From Nitrospirota bacterium (lineage in GTDB: Bacteria > Nitrospirota > UBA9217), in contig CAVVUN010000009.1 of assembly GCA_963751455.1 (NCBI GenBank), positions 192,001-256,000 on the forward strand: a stretch of 64,000 bases of DNA, written 5' to 3'. Both the position numbers and the translations under genes were made by a program. Under the pieces are notes generated by a model that was not told the origin of the DNA, made no database searches, and worked only from the letters and a program-made list of their open reading frames with translations. This document shows positions 39,645 through 49,833 of this stretch, one piece after another; positions within the stretch are counted from its first letter, which is position 1; every line of letters starts with the position of its first letter.

Positions 39645-40568
39645 TTGGCGCTGACCAAACAATGCGAATTGGCAGGTGTCAACCGGTCCACTTTCTATGC
39701 GCCGCATCTGACTACCGACCCGGACGAGCTGGAATTGACCCTGCTGAGTGAGATCGACGCCGAATACACCCGGCATCCGTTCTACGGCAGCCGCAAAATA
39801 ACCGTGTACTTGTGCGGCATAGGGCATCAGGTCAACCGAAAACGGATACAGCGGCTAATGGGCATTCTGGGGCTGGCAGGCATGGCACCGGGACCGAACA
39901 CCAGCCGCCCCAGCCCGCAGCACATGGTTTATCCATATCTGCTCAGAGGCGTATCGGTGACACGACCCAATCAGGTATGGAGCACTGACATCACCTACAT
40001 CCGCCTGGCGCGGGGATTTGTGTACCTGGTGGCCGTGATCGACTGGTACTCACGCAAAGTGCTGGCATGGCGATTATCAAACACGCTCGATAGCAGCTTC
40101 TGCGTGGACTGCCTAGAACAGGCATTACAGACATACGGCATCCCCGAGATCTTCAACACCGATCAGGGCTGCCAGTTCACCTCTGAGGCCTTCACCGGCG
40201 TGCTCAAGGCGCACTGCATTAACATCAGCATGGACGGCCGCGGCCGTGCATTGGACAATATCTTCGTGGAACGGCTATGGCGGAGCGTAAAGCACGAAGA
40301 CGTATATTTAAAAGGGTACGCCACAGTACCTGAAGCGCAACTGGGGCTGACGAAATACTTTATGTTCTACAACACGGAAAGAACACATCAATCATTGGAC
40401 TACAGCACACCGGATGTGATCTATCAAACAGCGAACGGCGGTGGAGCAAGGATTGTGGATAAATTCAAAGAGCGAAAAGAACCTCAGGGAGAGGTAGAAA
40501 CCGGGGCAGCGCCATGCAGCTGCGGCTTGGTCGGTTACCATCTTAATCTCACCCCTTTATTGTCTTGA
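39645..40568 (+). CDS. IS3 transposase OrfB (rve integrase core)
   Basis: PFYGSRK, NQVWSTDITY, FNTDQGCQF, DNIFVERLWRSVK. Confidence 0.92.
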   Translation: MALTKQCELAGVNRSTFYAPHLTTDPDELELTLLSEIDAEYTRHPFYGSRKITVYLCGIGHQVNRKRIQRLMGILGLAGMAPGPNTSRPSPQHMVYPYLLRGVSVTRPNQVWSTDITYIRLARGFVYLVAVIDWYSRKVLAWRLSNTLDSSFCVDCLEQALQTYGIPEIFNTDQGCQFTSEAFTGVLKAHCINISMDGRGRALDNIFVERLWRSVKHEDVYLKGYATVPEAQLGLTKYFMFYNTERTHQSLDYSTPDVIYQTANGGGARIVDKFKERKEPQGEVETGAAPCSCGLVGYHLNLTPLLS

Positions 40569-41901
40569 CAGAGGGGTCCACTTAATTGAGATATTCCCCT
40601 AATAGCTCTTTCGCGTTGGGATTGGACGATAGATGCAATGAAGAATATGCGTCCAAGCTCATTCCACGCGCTGTTGGTTACTCCGCCGGTCTCCTGAATT
40701 ACTTCTTCCGGGGCAGTATCAATATGAAAATTGATCCCAATGGGGTAGGGTATGTTATCGAGAACAAATCAAACGAAACGTTAACAGGCACCTTCAGTCT
40801 GTATTACGACAAACTAAACGGCGAAAGGGTTCCTATAATTAGTTGGCCCCTTCCCTCGATTAATCCAAACGGTCAAGGCATAGTAAGTTTTACTGCACCT
40901 ACAGATCCGTATCGAAATGACCCGAATAGTTATATCCTTGTTTTTAATGGACAAATGGGGTACGAGACGAACGCGGTAATTGGAAAAGTAGTACGAGATT
41001 TGCCACTTCCTGCTCCCATTCCTGAACCTCCTTTAAATGGTTATATTTATGGACCACCCAGAGATCCAGGCTTGAAATGGAGCGCTGTTAGCGGGTCTGG
41101 TATCTACGAAATTTGTATAGATTGCTCCGGATCTGCAGGGACACCTATAATTGTTGATTCTACGACTTATCCGGATGTTGCTGATTTATCAGCGGGCTCT
41201 CACACTTGGAAAGTAAGGACATTAACCTACTCAGGTACTCCAGGCCCATGTCTAATACAATCACTTTCATGAAATGCGATTATTTACCCGCACCTTCTAT
41301 CGTTTCACCACCGGCTAATGGTTCAACAGTAAATAATCCCGTACTTGATTGGAGCTACGTCTATGAAGATGGTCATCCTGTTGATTCATTTAGAATCCAG
41401 ATATCGAGCGCAAATTATTTAAAAATATTGACTCCATCTGTTTCGATATATGATACATCTTTACTAGGCCTTGTTGATGGGAATTATTTTTGGTCTGTAG
41501 CCGCGATTGATAGTCATGGGGTAGAGGGTGATTATTCGACGGGGCAGTGGACAGAGATTGGTAGTGATCCTAGCTATTCTTTAAGTCTTGTATTCAGCCC
41601 TGAAGATCCGATAGCCGGCCAGGACGTTGTTGTAAAAGCATGTTTGTTACCTCCCCGTACTAATGTTAGCATCGATTTCACCGTATCTGGGACCGATGGG
41701 TATAATCCGCCTGTCGAGACAAAGCTTACCGGGAGTGACGGTTGCGCAACTATCATCGTTTGGGGCGATGTGGAGCCCGGTACTAAGGATACGGTTACTG
41801 CGCAGGCACTCAGCCTTGGCCTTACTACTGTTATTACTTATACATTCTAATACTGGGACTTCTAGGAAATAGACAATCCTAGTGTTATTTTACGCGCAAA
41901 A

Positions 41902-42886
41902 ATGGTCCAGACAATCGAAGAATTGGACCGATATGCATGGACCGGACACCGGGCTGTTATCGGCAAGGCTGACCGGCCATGGATGGACATTGATGCCGTT
42001 TTGTCCGAGTTTGGAGGCACAAGAAAAAAAGCAATTCTTGAATACCGACGGTTTATGCGAGCGGGCGCGATGGAAGGGCATGACCCTCTTTTAACCGGAG
42101 GCGGCGAAGAGGGAATCTCTTCGGTCATGAGAAAGCAACTCACCTGGTACGCTCAGCACTACAACCGTCGCCATAAAAGGACTGGACACCTTTTCGAAAA
42201 TCGGTATAAATCCATTATTTGCGAAGAGGTGACATACCTTCTGGCACTCGTTCGCTACATCCACCTTAATCCCATCAGGGCCAAGATGATCCAAACAATG
42301 GAAGAGCTGGATCGGTATCCATGGAGCGGCCACTGGGTTATTATGGGCAAAACCAGCCATCCATGGATGGATATCGATACCGTTTTATCCGAGTTCGGAG
42401 GAACAAGGAAAAAAGCGGTTCTTGAATATCGGCGATTCGTACAGGAGGGGATTACAGGAGGGGCGTAACCCGACATTAACCGGTGGAGGCTTGATCAGGA
42501 GCCAGGGTGGGTGGTCGCAAGTATTGGCCATGCGAAGAAGGGGGCAAAAAGAAGAATACGATGATCGAATACTGGGGAGCGGCTCTTTCGTGAATACGAT
42601 CTTCAAAGAGGCTGAAGAACGGCAGCTCCGGCAGATGAAACACAAACTCGGCGGGAAGACTATCCAGAAGATCATCGATGAAGAATGTAAAGAAAAGCAG
42701 ATTAACCAGCGGGAGCTGAAGGCCGGCGGCAAACGCGCAATCGTGAGTACGGCGCGAGCCGTTATTGCTCATCGCTGCCGTGAGGAGCTAGGGGCATCAG
42801 CTGCGGAAATTGCACGACATCTGGGAGTCAACACCTCATGTATTGTGCGCTCGATTGCGCGGATAGTGAGCCGGGAGGAAGAGTGA
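41902..42886 (+). pseudogene. REP-associated tyrosine transposase-like remnant(s) with C-terminal HTH
   Basis: YAQHYNRRHKRTGHLFENRYKS...VRYIHLNP; no N-terminal HUH; diverged internal duplication; frameshift near 42455. Confidence 0.7.
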
Positions 42887-42968
42887 AGAAGAAGGCAAGC
42901 ATAGAATGTCCATTTGTTATTTATTACTCTCGCTTGACATTCATAGAGGGTATTCATATTATTGGAGT

Positions 42969-43373
42969 ATGACGAACCGCACATCTATAAAAGATTTCTG
43001 TGAAAAAACAGGTATCGAACTTCTTGTCCTTTTCGGGTCAGCGGCCAAAGGGACTGAACGAGAGGGAAGCGACATCGATCTCGCGGTAAAAATGAAGACG
43101 GACCGGGAAATCGACAAGCTCGACCTGATTTTTCATCTGGGCGGAATATTTGGCGACCGTGAAATTGATCTGGTCGTCCTGACCCTTGACACTGATCCCG
43201 TGCTGCTATTCGAGATCTTTTCGCAAGGGAAACCTCTGTATGAAGCACAGCAGGGAATCTTTGAAAATGATCAGCTGCGCGCGTTCAAGCTCTATTACGA
43301 CACCGAAAAGATCCGCCGATTCCAATCGGAATATCTAAGGAAATTCGCCGCAGGAGCCCGGAATGTCGCCTGA
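42969..43373 (+). CDS. mntA: MNT nucleotidyltransferase antitoxin (MntA-like)
   Basis: LFGSAAKG...SDIDLAV...EIDLVVL; overlaps the HEPN gene start. Confidence 0.85.
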   Translation: MTNRTSIKDFCEKTGIELLVLFGSAAKGTEREGSDIDLAVKMKTDREIDKLDLIFHLGGIFGDREIDLVVLTLDTDPVLLFEIFSQGKPLYEAQQGIFENDQLRAFKLYYDTEKIRRFQSEYLRKFAAGARNVA

Positions 43374-43761
43374 AGTGGTGAAGCGAAAACTTACGGCATT
43401 AGCCACTTACCTGCAGGACCTTCGGCGTCACGAAAGAATGACGTTCGACCAGTTTATGGTCCGACACTACGAAATAGAGCGGATTCTGGAACTCATAGTG
43501 ATGACGGCAAGTGATATTGTTCTCCACCTCATCTCTTCTCGTGGAGAACCGGCGCCCGGGTCTTACAGGGCCGCATTTCTCACAGCCGGGGAACTCAAGA
43601 TCATAAGTACCGATCTGAGCAGAAAATTGGCTTTGAGCGCGGGCTTGCGCAATATCCTAGTTCACGAGTACGAGGAAATCGATTACTCGATCCTGCATAA
43701 GAGCATTCCCGCCGCGCTGAGGGATTTTTCTGCATTCATTGATGAACTTTCAAGGCAATAG
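43363..43761 (+). CDS. hepT: HEPN/DUF86 RNase toxin (HepT-like)
   Basis: R-x4-H motif GLRNILVHEYEEID. Confidence 0.85.
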   Translation: MSPEVVKRKLTALATYLQDLRRHERMTFDQFMVRHYEIERILELIVMTASDIVLHLISSRGEPAPGSYRAAFLTAGELKIISTDLSRKLALSAGLRNILVHEYEEIDYSILHKSIPAALRDFSAFIDELSRQ

Positions 43762-43867
43762 CCCGTTTTGGGGACATCCCTTCTAATGCAAAGTGCTCGG
43801 ATTACAGTTTGTGACAGCAGTACACTTTTTGCTCCATTTGGCATCTCAGAGTAAATTGTCACCCGAA

Positions 43868-43966
43868 TTAGCACAGGAAAAACTAACCAAGCTGGTCCAG
43901 TATGGAAGATACAATAAGAGGATCATCGAGGATGCGATGAAACGTTTAAAAGAAGGGAGAAAATAG
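43868..43966 (+). pseudogene. 3' remnant of a probable PIN-like toxin gene
   Basis: Open frame LAQEKLTKLVQYGRYNKRIIEDAMKRLKEGRK* stops 1 nt before the antitoxin ATG; no start codon. Confidence 0.35.
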
Positions 43967-43967
43967 C

Positions 43968-44255
43968 ATGGGGGTCATAAGCTTACGGCTTGAGAATTCG
44001 GAATTAAAACGTATCGACGACCTTTCAAGCGAAGAGAACAAGGGGCGGTCAACGGTTGCCCGGGAGCTTATACAGCAGGGCTGGCAGTTCCGGATGCTCA
44101 AACAGTATCGGGACGGCAAGTTGTCTTTGACGAGCCTGGCAAAGAACCTGGATATCTCAGTCAGCGAGACAATCGATATGCTTGCTGAGTTTGGAATAGA
44201 AGCGCCTGTTGAATATGAAGATTATCTCAAGGGCTTTGAAGTGTTGAAGGGCTAA
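43968..44255 (+). CDS. UPF0175/RHH-type antitoxin-like protein
   Basis: VISLRL...RSTVARELI...YRDGKLSLTSLAKNLDIS. Confidence 0.7.
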   Translation: MGVISLRLENSELKRIDDLSSEENKGRSTVARELIQQGWQFRMLKQYRDGKLSLTSLAKNLDISVSETIDMLAEFGIEAPVEYEDYLKGFEVLKG

Positions 44256-44431
44256 ACTCTTTAGCGTTTCTCGCCAAATGCATCAATCCTGTCTGAACGA
44301 CGTCCCGATAAAAGCATTCGGGGATGACAAGTAACTATATAATTTCGCACCGAGTTCAAGCCCGGAGTTTATCAAATCTTTTTCTTTCCCTCGACAAATC
44401 TCGCAAAATAATCTAATATAATCGAGAACCT

Positions 44432-46991
44432 ATGGACGATCTTAAAGCTATTCTTGAAAGAATCAGGAAGCCGCTTGCGTTTGCGAGCAGGGACGGGTTT
44501 GCCCATTTGGGAAGCTTGGCGGCCCTTGAACCTTTCATGGTGAAACAGGTCCAGGATCTGAAAGCTATCACAAAGGGGAATAGGCTTGTTCCTGAACTTG
44601 AAAAGCTGTTCGCAGGGTTCGACAGTCTGAGTCTGAAGGAGAAGAAGGAGCGGATCAAGGAAGCTTCAAAGGTGATGGATTTGCTTGGTCAGGAGCAAGA
44701 ACATGCACCTTCAGTCAGAAATTGCCCCTCACCCCAACCCTCTCCCTCAAAGGGAGAGGAGGAAGAGGGAGAAGCAGAGTGGAAAGGTATCAGTTTCTTC
44801 GAAAAAGACTAAAACCACCCCTCACCCTATGCCTCTCCCCAAGGGGAGAGGGAATGTAGAATAGGGGAGAGGGAGCAGTGCCCATCTCAATCTAGACACT
44901 CCTGTCCAGTACGTAAAGGGCATCGGGCCGAAGCGGGCGGAATTGCTGAAGAAGGTCGGGATCTCGACCGTGGATGATGCTCTTACCTATCTTCCCTGGA
45001 GATACGAGGACCGGGGAAACTTGAAGAAGATCGGCCGGGTCAGCATAGGTACCTATGAAACCGTAATGGGAGACGTGGTATCCGCGGAAGTGGTCGAGAC
45101 GAAGCGCAGGTGGGTCAAGGTTTTCGAACTTGTGATCAGGGACCAGAGCGGGATGCTCGTCGGTTCCTGGTTCAACCAGCCGTTCATGAAAAAGGCGTTT
45201 AAAACCGGCCAGAAGGTGATCCTTTCCGGAATTGTTAAATCCAACCCATACCGCAGCGGCCTTCCGCAGATCGATAACCCGGACTACGAGATCATGGACG
45301 AGAACGAACAGGACAACCTGATACATACCGGGAGGATCGTTCCGATCTACAGGACAACATCCGGACTTTCCGTTCGATACCTCCGCAGCATGATGAAGAC
45401 AATTCTCGATTCCTCTGCTGAAGCAATGACGGAGTGTCTGCCTGATGACATTATAAAAAAATACTCTCTCATGCCCCGAGCAGAAGCTTTGTCTGAAGTG
45501 CATTTTCCGGACAAAGAAAAAGACATTTCGATTCTGAACAGGGGTACAAGCGCTGCCAACAGGCGACTGAGCTTTGAGGAATTATTCTCGCTCGAACTCG
45601 GCCTCGCACTTAAAAAACGTGGCGTTGCTGTAGAAAAGAAGGGTATTTCGTTCAAAAATGTCGGGGACATGGAGGCGAAGCTTCGCAAAGACCTGCCCTT
45701 TTCGCTCACAAAAGCACAGGAACGGGTGATAGCGGAAATCAAGCATGATATGACTGCAGAGCGGCCGATGAACCGGCTCGTTCAGGGGGACGTGGGGAGC
45801 GGAAAGACCATGGTGGCGTTGGTTGCCGCGCTCATGGCTGTGGAGAACGGATACCAGGCCTGCATCATGGCGCCAACCGAGATCCTTGCGGAACAGCACT
45901 TTAAGAACATCACAGCTTTGGCCTTATCACTCGGCATCCAGGTGCGGTCGCTGACCGGCCGCATGAAGAAAAAAGAAAAGGATACACTGCATTGCCGAGA
46001 TAGAGTCGGGAATTGCCCAGATCGTGGTCGGCACACATGCGCTTATCGAACAGCAGGTAAAATTTCATCGTCTTGGCCTTGCTGTCATAGACGAGCAGCA
46101 CCGATTCGGGGTGATGCAGCGCTCAACGCTTGACCTCAAAGGGATATGAGCCGGACGTACTCATCATGACCGCGACCCCGATTCCGCGCACTCTTGCGCT
46201 TACGGTGTACGGGGACCTCGACGTATCCGTTATCGACGAGATGCCGCCTGGCCGGAGCCCCATCATAACAAGGCTTTATTTTGAAAACAGGCGCGCGGAA
46301 GCGTACACTTTCATAGATAATGAAATCAAAAAGGGGCGGCAGGCATATGTGGTTTACCCGCTTGTCGAGGAGACCGAAAAGTCCGACCTCAAGGCAGCTA
46401 CCGAGATGGCAGCGCATCTCCAGAAGGACATATTTCCCGAAATGGAAGGTCGGGCTCCTGCACGGCAGGATGAAATCAATTGAGAAGGAATCGGCGATGG
46501 CTGCGTTCAAGGCCGGAGAGACCTATATCCTGGTATCGACGACCGTGATCGAGGTCGGCGTGGACGTGCAGAACGCTACTGTCATGGTTATCGAGCATCC
46601 GGAGCGCTTCGGACTGGCACAGCTTCACCAGCTTCGCGGCAGGGTCGGAAGGGGCGGGCATCAGTCCTATTGCATTCTGATGGGTCCGCGCATGTTTGCC
46701 GAAGAAGCCAAAGAGCGGCTGAACGCTTTTGTCCGTACGATTGACGGCTTCAAAATCGCCGAGGAAGACTTGCGGCTCCGCGGGCCCGGTGAGTTCTTCG
46801 GAACGCGCCAGTCAGGCTTGCCTGATCTGCGCGCTGCAAACATTATCCGGGACGCAGACCTGCTCGAAAAGGCCAGGTTCGAGGCGTTCGAATTGGTGCA
46901 GCGCGAGCCGGAGCTTTCAGGCTATCCGGAGGTCCGGGAACTGCTTCGCAGAAAGTGGCAGGGGAGGTTGGGGCTCATAAGCGTCGGTTGA
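44432..46991 (+). CDS. recG: ATP-dependent DNA helicase RecG with N-terminal extension (split by several frameshifts)
   Basis: YLPWRYEDR, RLVQGDVGSGKT, IDEQHRFG, MTATPIPRT, ERFGLAQLHQLRGRVGRG, LRGPGE; breaks near 44810-44890, 45990 and 46440. Confidence 0.9.
44725..44852. repeat. Two REP-like CCCTCACCC..CCTCTCCC..GGGAGAGG palindromes in the recG linker
   Basis: 44725-44759 and 44818-44852; a related copy lies at 55912-55943. Confidence 0.75.
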
Positions 46992-47030
46992 TATTTTCGA
47001 GCTATTCTGATAAAGTAGATGTTTGAAACA

Positions 47031-47100
47031 GGGAGTAGAAATCGGGAGTCAGAAGTCAGGAGTCAGAAGTAAGTGAAAGTCAGAAGTAAGAAGTAGAAGC
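47031..47100. repeat. Heptamer tandem repeats (AGTCAGA/AGTCAGG)
   Basis: GGAGTCAGAAGTCAGGAGTCAGAAGTAAG..AAGTCAGAAGTAAGAAGTAG. Confidence 0.65.
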
Positions 47101-47116
47101 GGGAGATAAACGAGAA

Positions 47117-47482
47117 ATGAACATCTGGGAAAAAGCGGTCCTGAACATGCAAAGGGGAACGAAAAAAGTCGCCGTAGCTGCAGCCATATTTTCCGATCGG
47201 GTGAAGGCCGAGATTGACATTGCCCGGCTCAGGATCAGAATGGATGACATCGATTCCATCATCAATGAGCAATACCGCGTTATCGGCAGGAGGATCGCGG
47301 ATTTCAGGAAGCGGTCAGAGCTCCCGAAGACGACCGAGCAGCTTATGAAAGACGAACCAATCGTCCTGGCATTCTCGGAAATTGAAGCGCGGGAAAAAGA
47401 CAAAGTCGAGCTCCAGGCTGAAATCGAGAACCGTGTCGCCGAGTTCAAGCCCGTAAAGAAGACGGAGGATAAGCATCCATGA
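47117..47482 (+). CDS. Hypothetical coiled-coil protein
   Basis: 121-aa helical ORF overlapping the pilD start (ATGA). Confidence 0.7.
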   Translation: MNIWEKAVLNMQRGTKKVAVAAAIFSDRVKAEIDIARLRIRMDDIDSIINEQYRVIGRRIADFRKRSELPKTTEQLMKDEPIVLAFSEIEAREKDKVELQAEIENRVAEFKPVKKTEDKHP

Positions 47483-48306
47483 TAACGATCAGCGTCCTCC
47501 TCTTCGGCCTTGTTGTCGGAAGCTTTTTGAATGTCTGTATAGTGCGCCTGCCCCGCGGACGTTCCATCGTTCACCCTCCGTCACATTGCCCGAGATGCAG
47601 GGAGAGGATAAAAGTCTACGACAATATACCCATCATAAGCTATTTGCTGCTGCGCGGCAGATGCAGGAGCTGCGGAGAGCCGATCTCGCTGCGCTATCCG
47701 CTCGTTGAAGTTGTGAACGCCTCGTTCTATGTCTGGATCGTCAGCGAGTTCGGGCTGGGCGGAGAAGCGTTCCTGATGATGGTGTTCTGTTCCTCGCTCA
47801 TCGTGATAACCTTTATCGATTTCGATTACCAGATAATCCCGGACATAATCACCCTCCCGGGAATTCTCGTCGGGGTTTCGGCAGCTCCTTTTTTCATGTC
47901 AGCGCTCACCGAATCTCTCCCTTTCCGTCTTGGAGAGCTCATGCCCCATGCCGGGCTCTATCTGACCAGTTTTCTCAACTCGGTGATCGGCATGTTGATC
48001 GGCGCCCTGCCCCTTCTCATTATCGGATGGGCGTGGGAAAAGCTTCGGCATATCGAAGCAATGGGCGGCGGGGACATTAAATTGATGGGCATGGTCGGCT
48101 CTTTCCTCGGCTGGAAAGGCGCGCTCCTCACTATCATGCTGGGAGCGCTGACGGGCTCGGCTGTCGGCCTCAGTCTTATTCTGCTGAAACGCCAAACCAT
48201 GGAAAAAGTAATTCCTTTCGGTCCCTTTCTCGCTCTGGGAGCTGTCGCAACCGCTTTTTACGGACCCGATATCATTTCCTGGTACCTGGGTCTGCTCCGC
48301 ATATGA
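47479..48306 (+). CDS. pilD: Prepilin peptidase/N-methyltransferase
   Basis: GSFLNVCIVRLP, SHCPRC, LRGRCRSC, FIDFDYQIIPD, MGGGDIKL, IPFGPFL. Confidence 0.95.
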   Translation: MITISVLLFGLVVGSFLNVCIVRLPRGRSIVHPPSHCPRCRERIKVYDNIPIISYLLLRGRCRSCGEPISLRYPLVEVVNASFYVWIVSEFGLGGEAFLMMVFCSSLIVITFIDFDYQIIPDIITLPGILVGVSAAPFFMSALTESLPFRLGELMPHAGLYLTSFLNSVIGMLIGALPLLIIGWAWEKLRHIEAMGGGDIKLMGMVGSFLGWKGALLTIMLGALTGSAVGLSLILLKRQTMEKVIPFGPFLALGAVATAFYGPDIISWYLGLLRI

Positions 48307-49567
48307 CCCTCAACCCGACCTCGATACTACTGCTCACTCTGCTTATCGTGCTGTTTGGCACGGCGCTGCTTTGGGGTTTCGTGCGTCGGTATCGCCGGGA
48401 ATTGGGGATCGAGAAGGAAGAACGGAAAAAGACGCAAGACTCCGCTTTTATCATCAATGCCTTTCATGACGTCACCAAACAGCTCAAGGAAAAGGAAAAG
48501 GAGCTTGAGCGGCTCAAATCGCTCGCTGAACAGCGTGCCGAAAACGTAACAAGCTACAACGAGAACATACTGCAGTGCGTTACGAGCGGCGTTATGACAT
48601 TCGACATAAACTGTGTTCTGACTACGATAAACCGCGCAGCCGAAGAGATGCTCGGCTTCGACCATGGACAGAAAATCGGTCAGAGCTGTCGCGACCTTTT
48701 CGGCAACGGCGATATAACCGGCGCAGTGCATGAGACCATCCGGAACAAGATGCCGTCCGCGCGTCTTGAGGCAATGCTGGACCGGTCTGCAGGCAAAATG
48801 TGGCTGGGGTTCAATACGGCGCTTCTGACCGACAGCCGGGGTGAGGCACTTGGCGTCATTCTTTCATTCTCCGACTTGACCGAAGTCAAGAGGCTCCAGG
48901 AGCAGGTGGAGTTGCGGGAGCGGCTGACCGCCCTCGGGGAAATGTCGGCAGGCATCGCGCATGAGTTGAGGAATCCCATGGCGGTAATCAGCGGATACCT
49001 GAGCATTCTGGCGAAAAAATCAGAGAACCAGAAGACGCGGACGATCATACGTGACATCGGCAGCGAGATCAGCGGCATGAACCGCATCATAGACGATCTC
49101 CTTACTTTTGCGAGGCCTGCTTCCTTGAACCGGGTGCGTATTGACATCAGGGAACTGCTCGACGGGTGTATGGCCGGCGCGCTTCAGGCTACGGCGCAGG
49201 TTCGCGCATCACAGCGACAATCAATACCGAAAAACACGAGCTATTCGTCGACGAAGTGCTGATGCGCCAGGCATTTACGAACCTGTTCCAGAACGCAATC
49301 GAGGCCATTCCCGATACCGGCGCCATAACCGTTGACGTGAGAAGCGGCAGGCAGATGAAGATAGCCATCCGCGATACAGGCTCCGGCATTCCAGCCGATA
49401 AAATCAAGATGATATTCGTTCCTTTTTTTACCACGAAGGACAAGGGCGTGGGGCTTGGCCTGGCCCTGGTCCATAAGATCATCCTGTCGCACGGAGGAAG
49501 AATCGAAGCGGAGAGCATGGAGGGAAGGGGAACGACATTTACCGTAACGATGCCGAAAGGTAATTAG
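48303..49567 (+). CDS. PAS-domain sensor histidine kinase (frameshift near 49185)
   Basis: TM, PAS, H-box AGIAHELRNP; N/G boxes NLFQNAIEA, DTGSGI, PFFTTK..GVGLGL in the second frame. Confidence 0.88.
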
Positions 49568-49588
49568 AAATAAAGCCAGGGAACGCCC

Positions 49589-49821
49589 TATCCGCAGATT
49601 TCGTACCCTGCTGTTGCCAAAACGCGGGCACAAGCAGATAGGCGCAGATTTTAACACCGGATTCATCTGTGAAATCCGTCAATCGGCGTAACGTTAACAA
49701 AGAAGAATCGGAATATAATTCAAGAAATCACATTGATGAGCAAATATTACGGATGGTCATAGATTTTAAAACAAATATTTGATCGGGTTAATCTTTGAAA
49801 TCTGTGTAATCTGCGGATAAA
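49589..49821. repeat. Intergenic nonamer inverted-repeat element with a 31-nt hairpin insertion
   Basis: TATCCGCAGATTTCG[ins]CAGATAGGCGCAGATTTT ... AAATCTGTGTAATCTGCGGATA. Confidence 0.7.
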
Positions 49822-49833
49822 TATAAAATACCT

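Larger units (their letters stand above)
39250..40585 (+). mobile_element. IS3-family element with 3-bp TSD TTG
   Basis: Ends TATAGTGGACCCC / GGGGTCCACTTAA; TTG at 39247-39249 and 40586-40588; A8G slippery site at 39583-39591. Confidence 0.88.
38203..41850 (+). pseudogene. Secreted Zn-dependent phospholipase C/P1-nuclease-like protein with Ig/FN3 tail, interrupted by IS3
   Basis: ITHK, NHFHNP, MHLVQDMSVPEHARDDGH..AYEEW; 38203-39249 rejoins in frame with 40589 (SML|RYSP...PRAVGYSAGLLNYFFRG); further frameshift near 41245. Confidence 0.65.
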
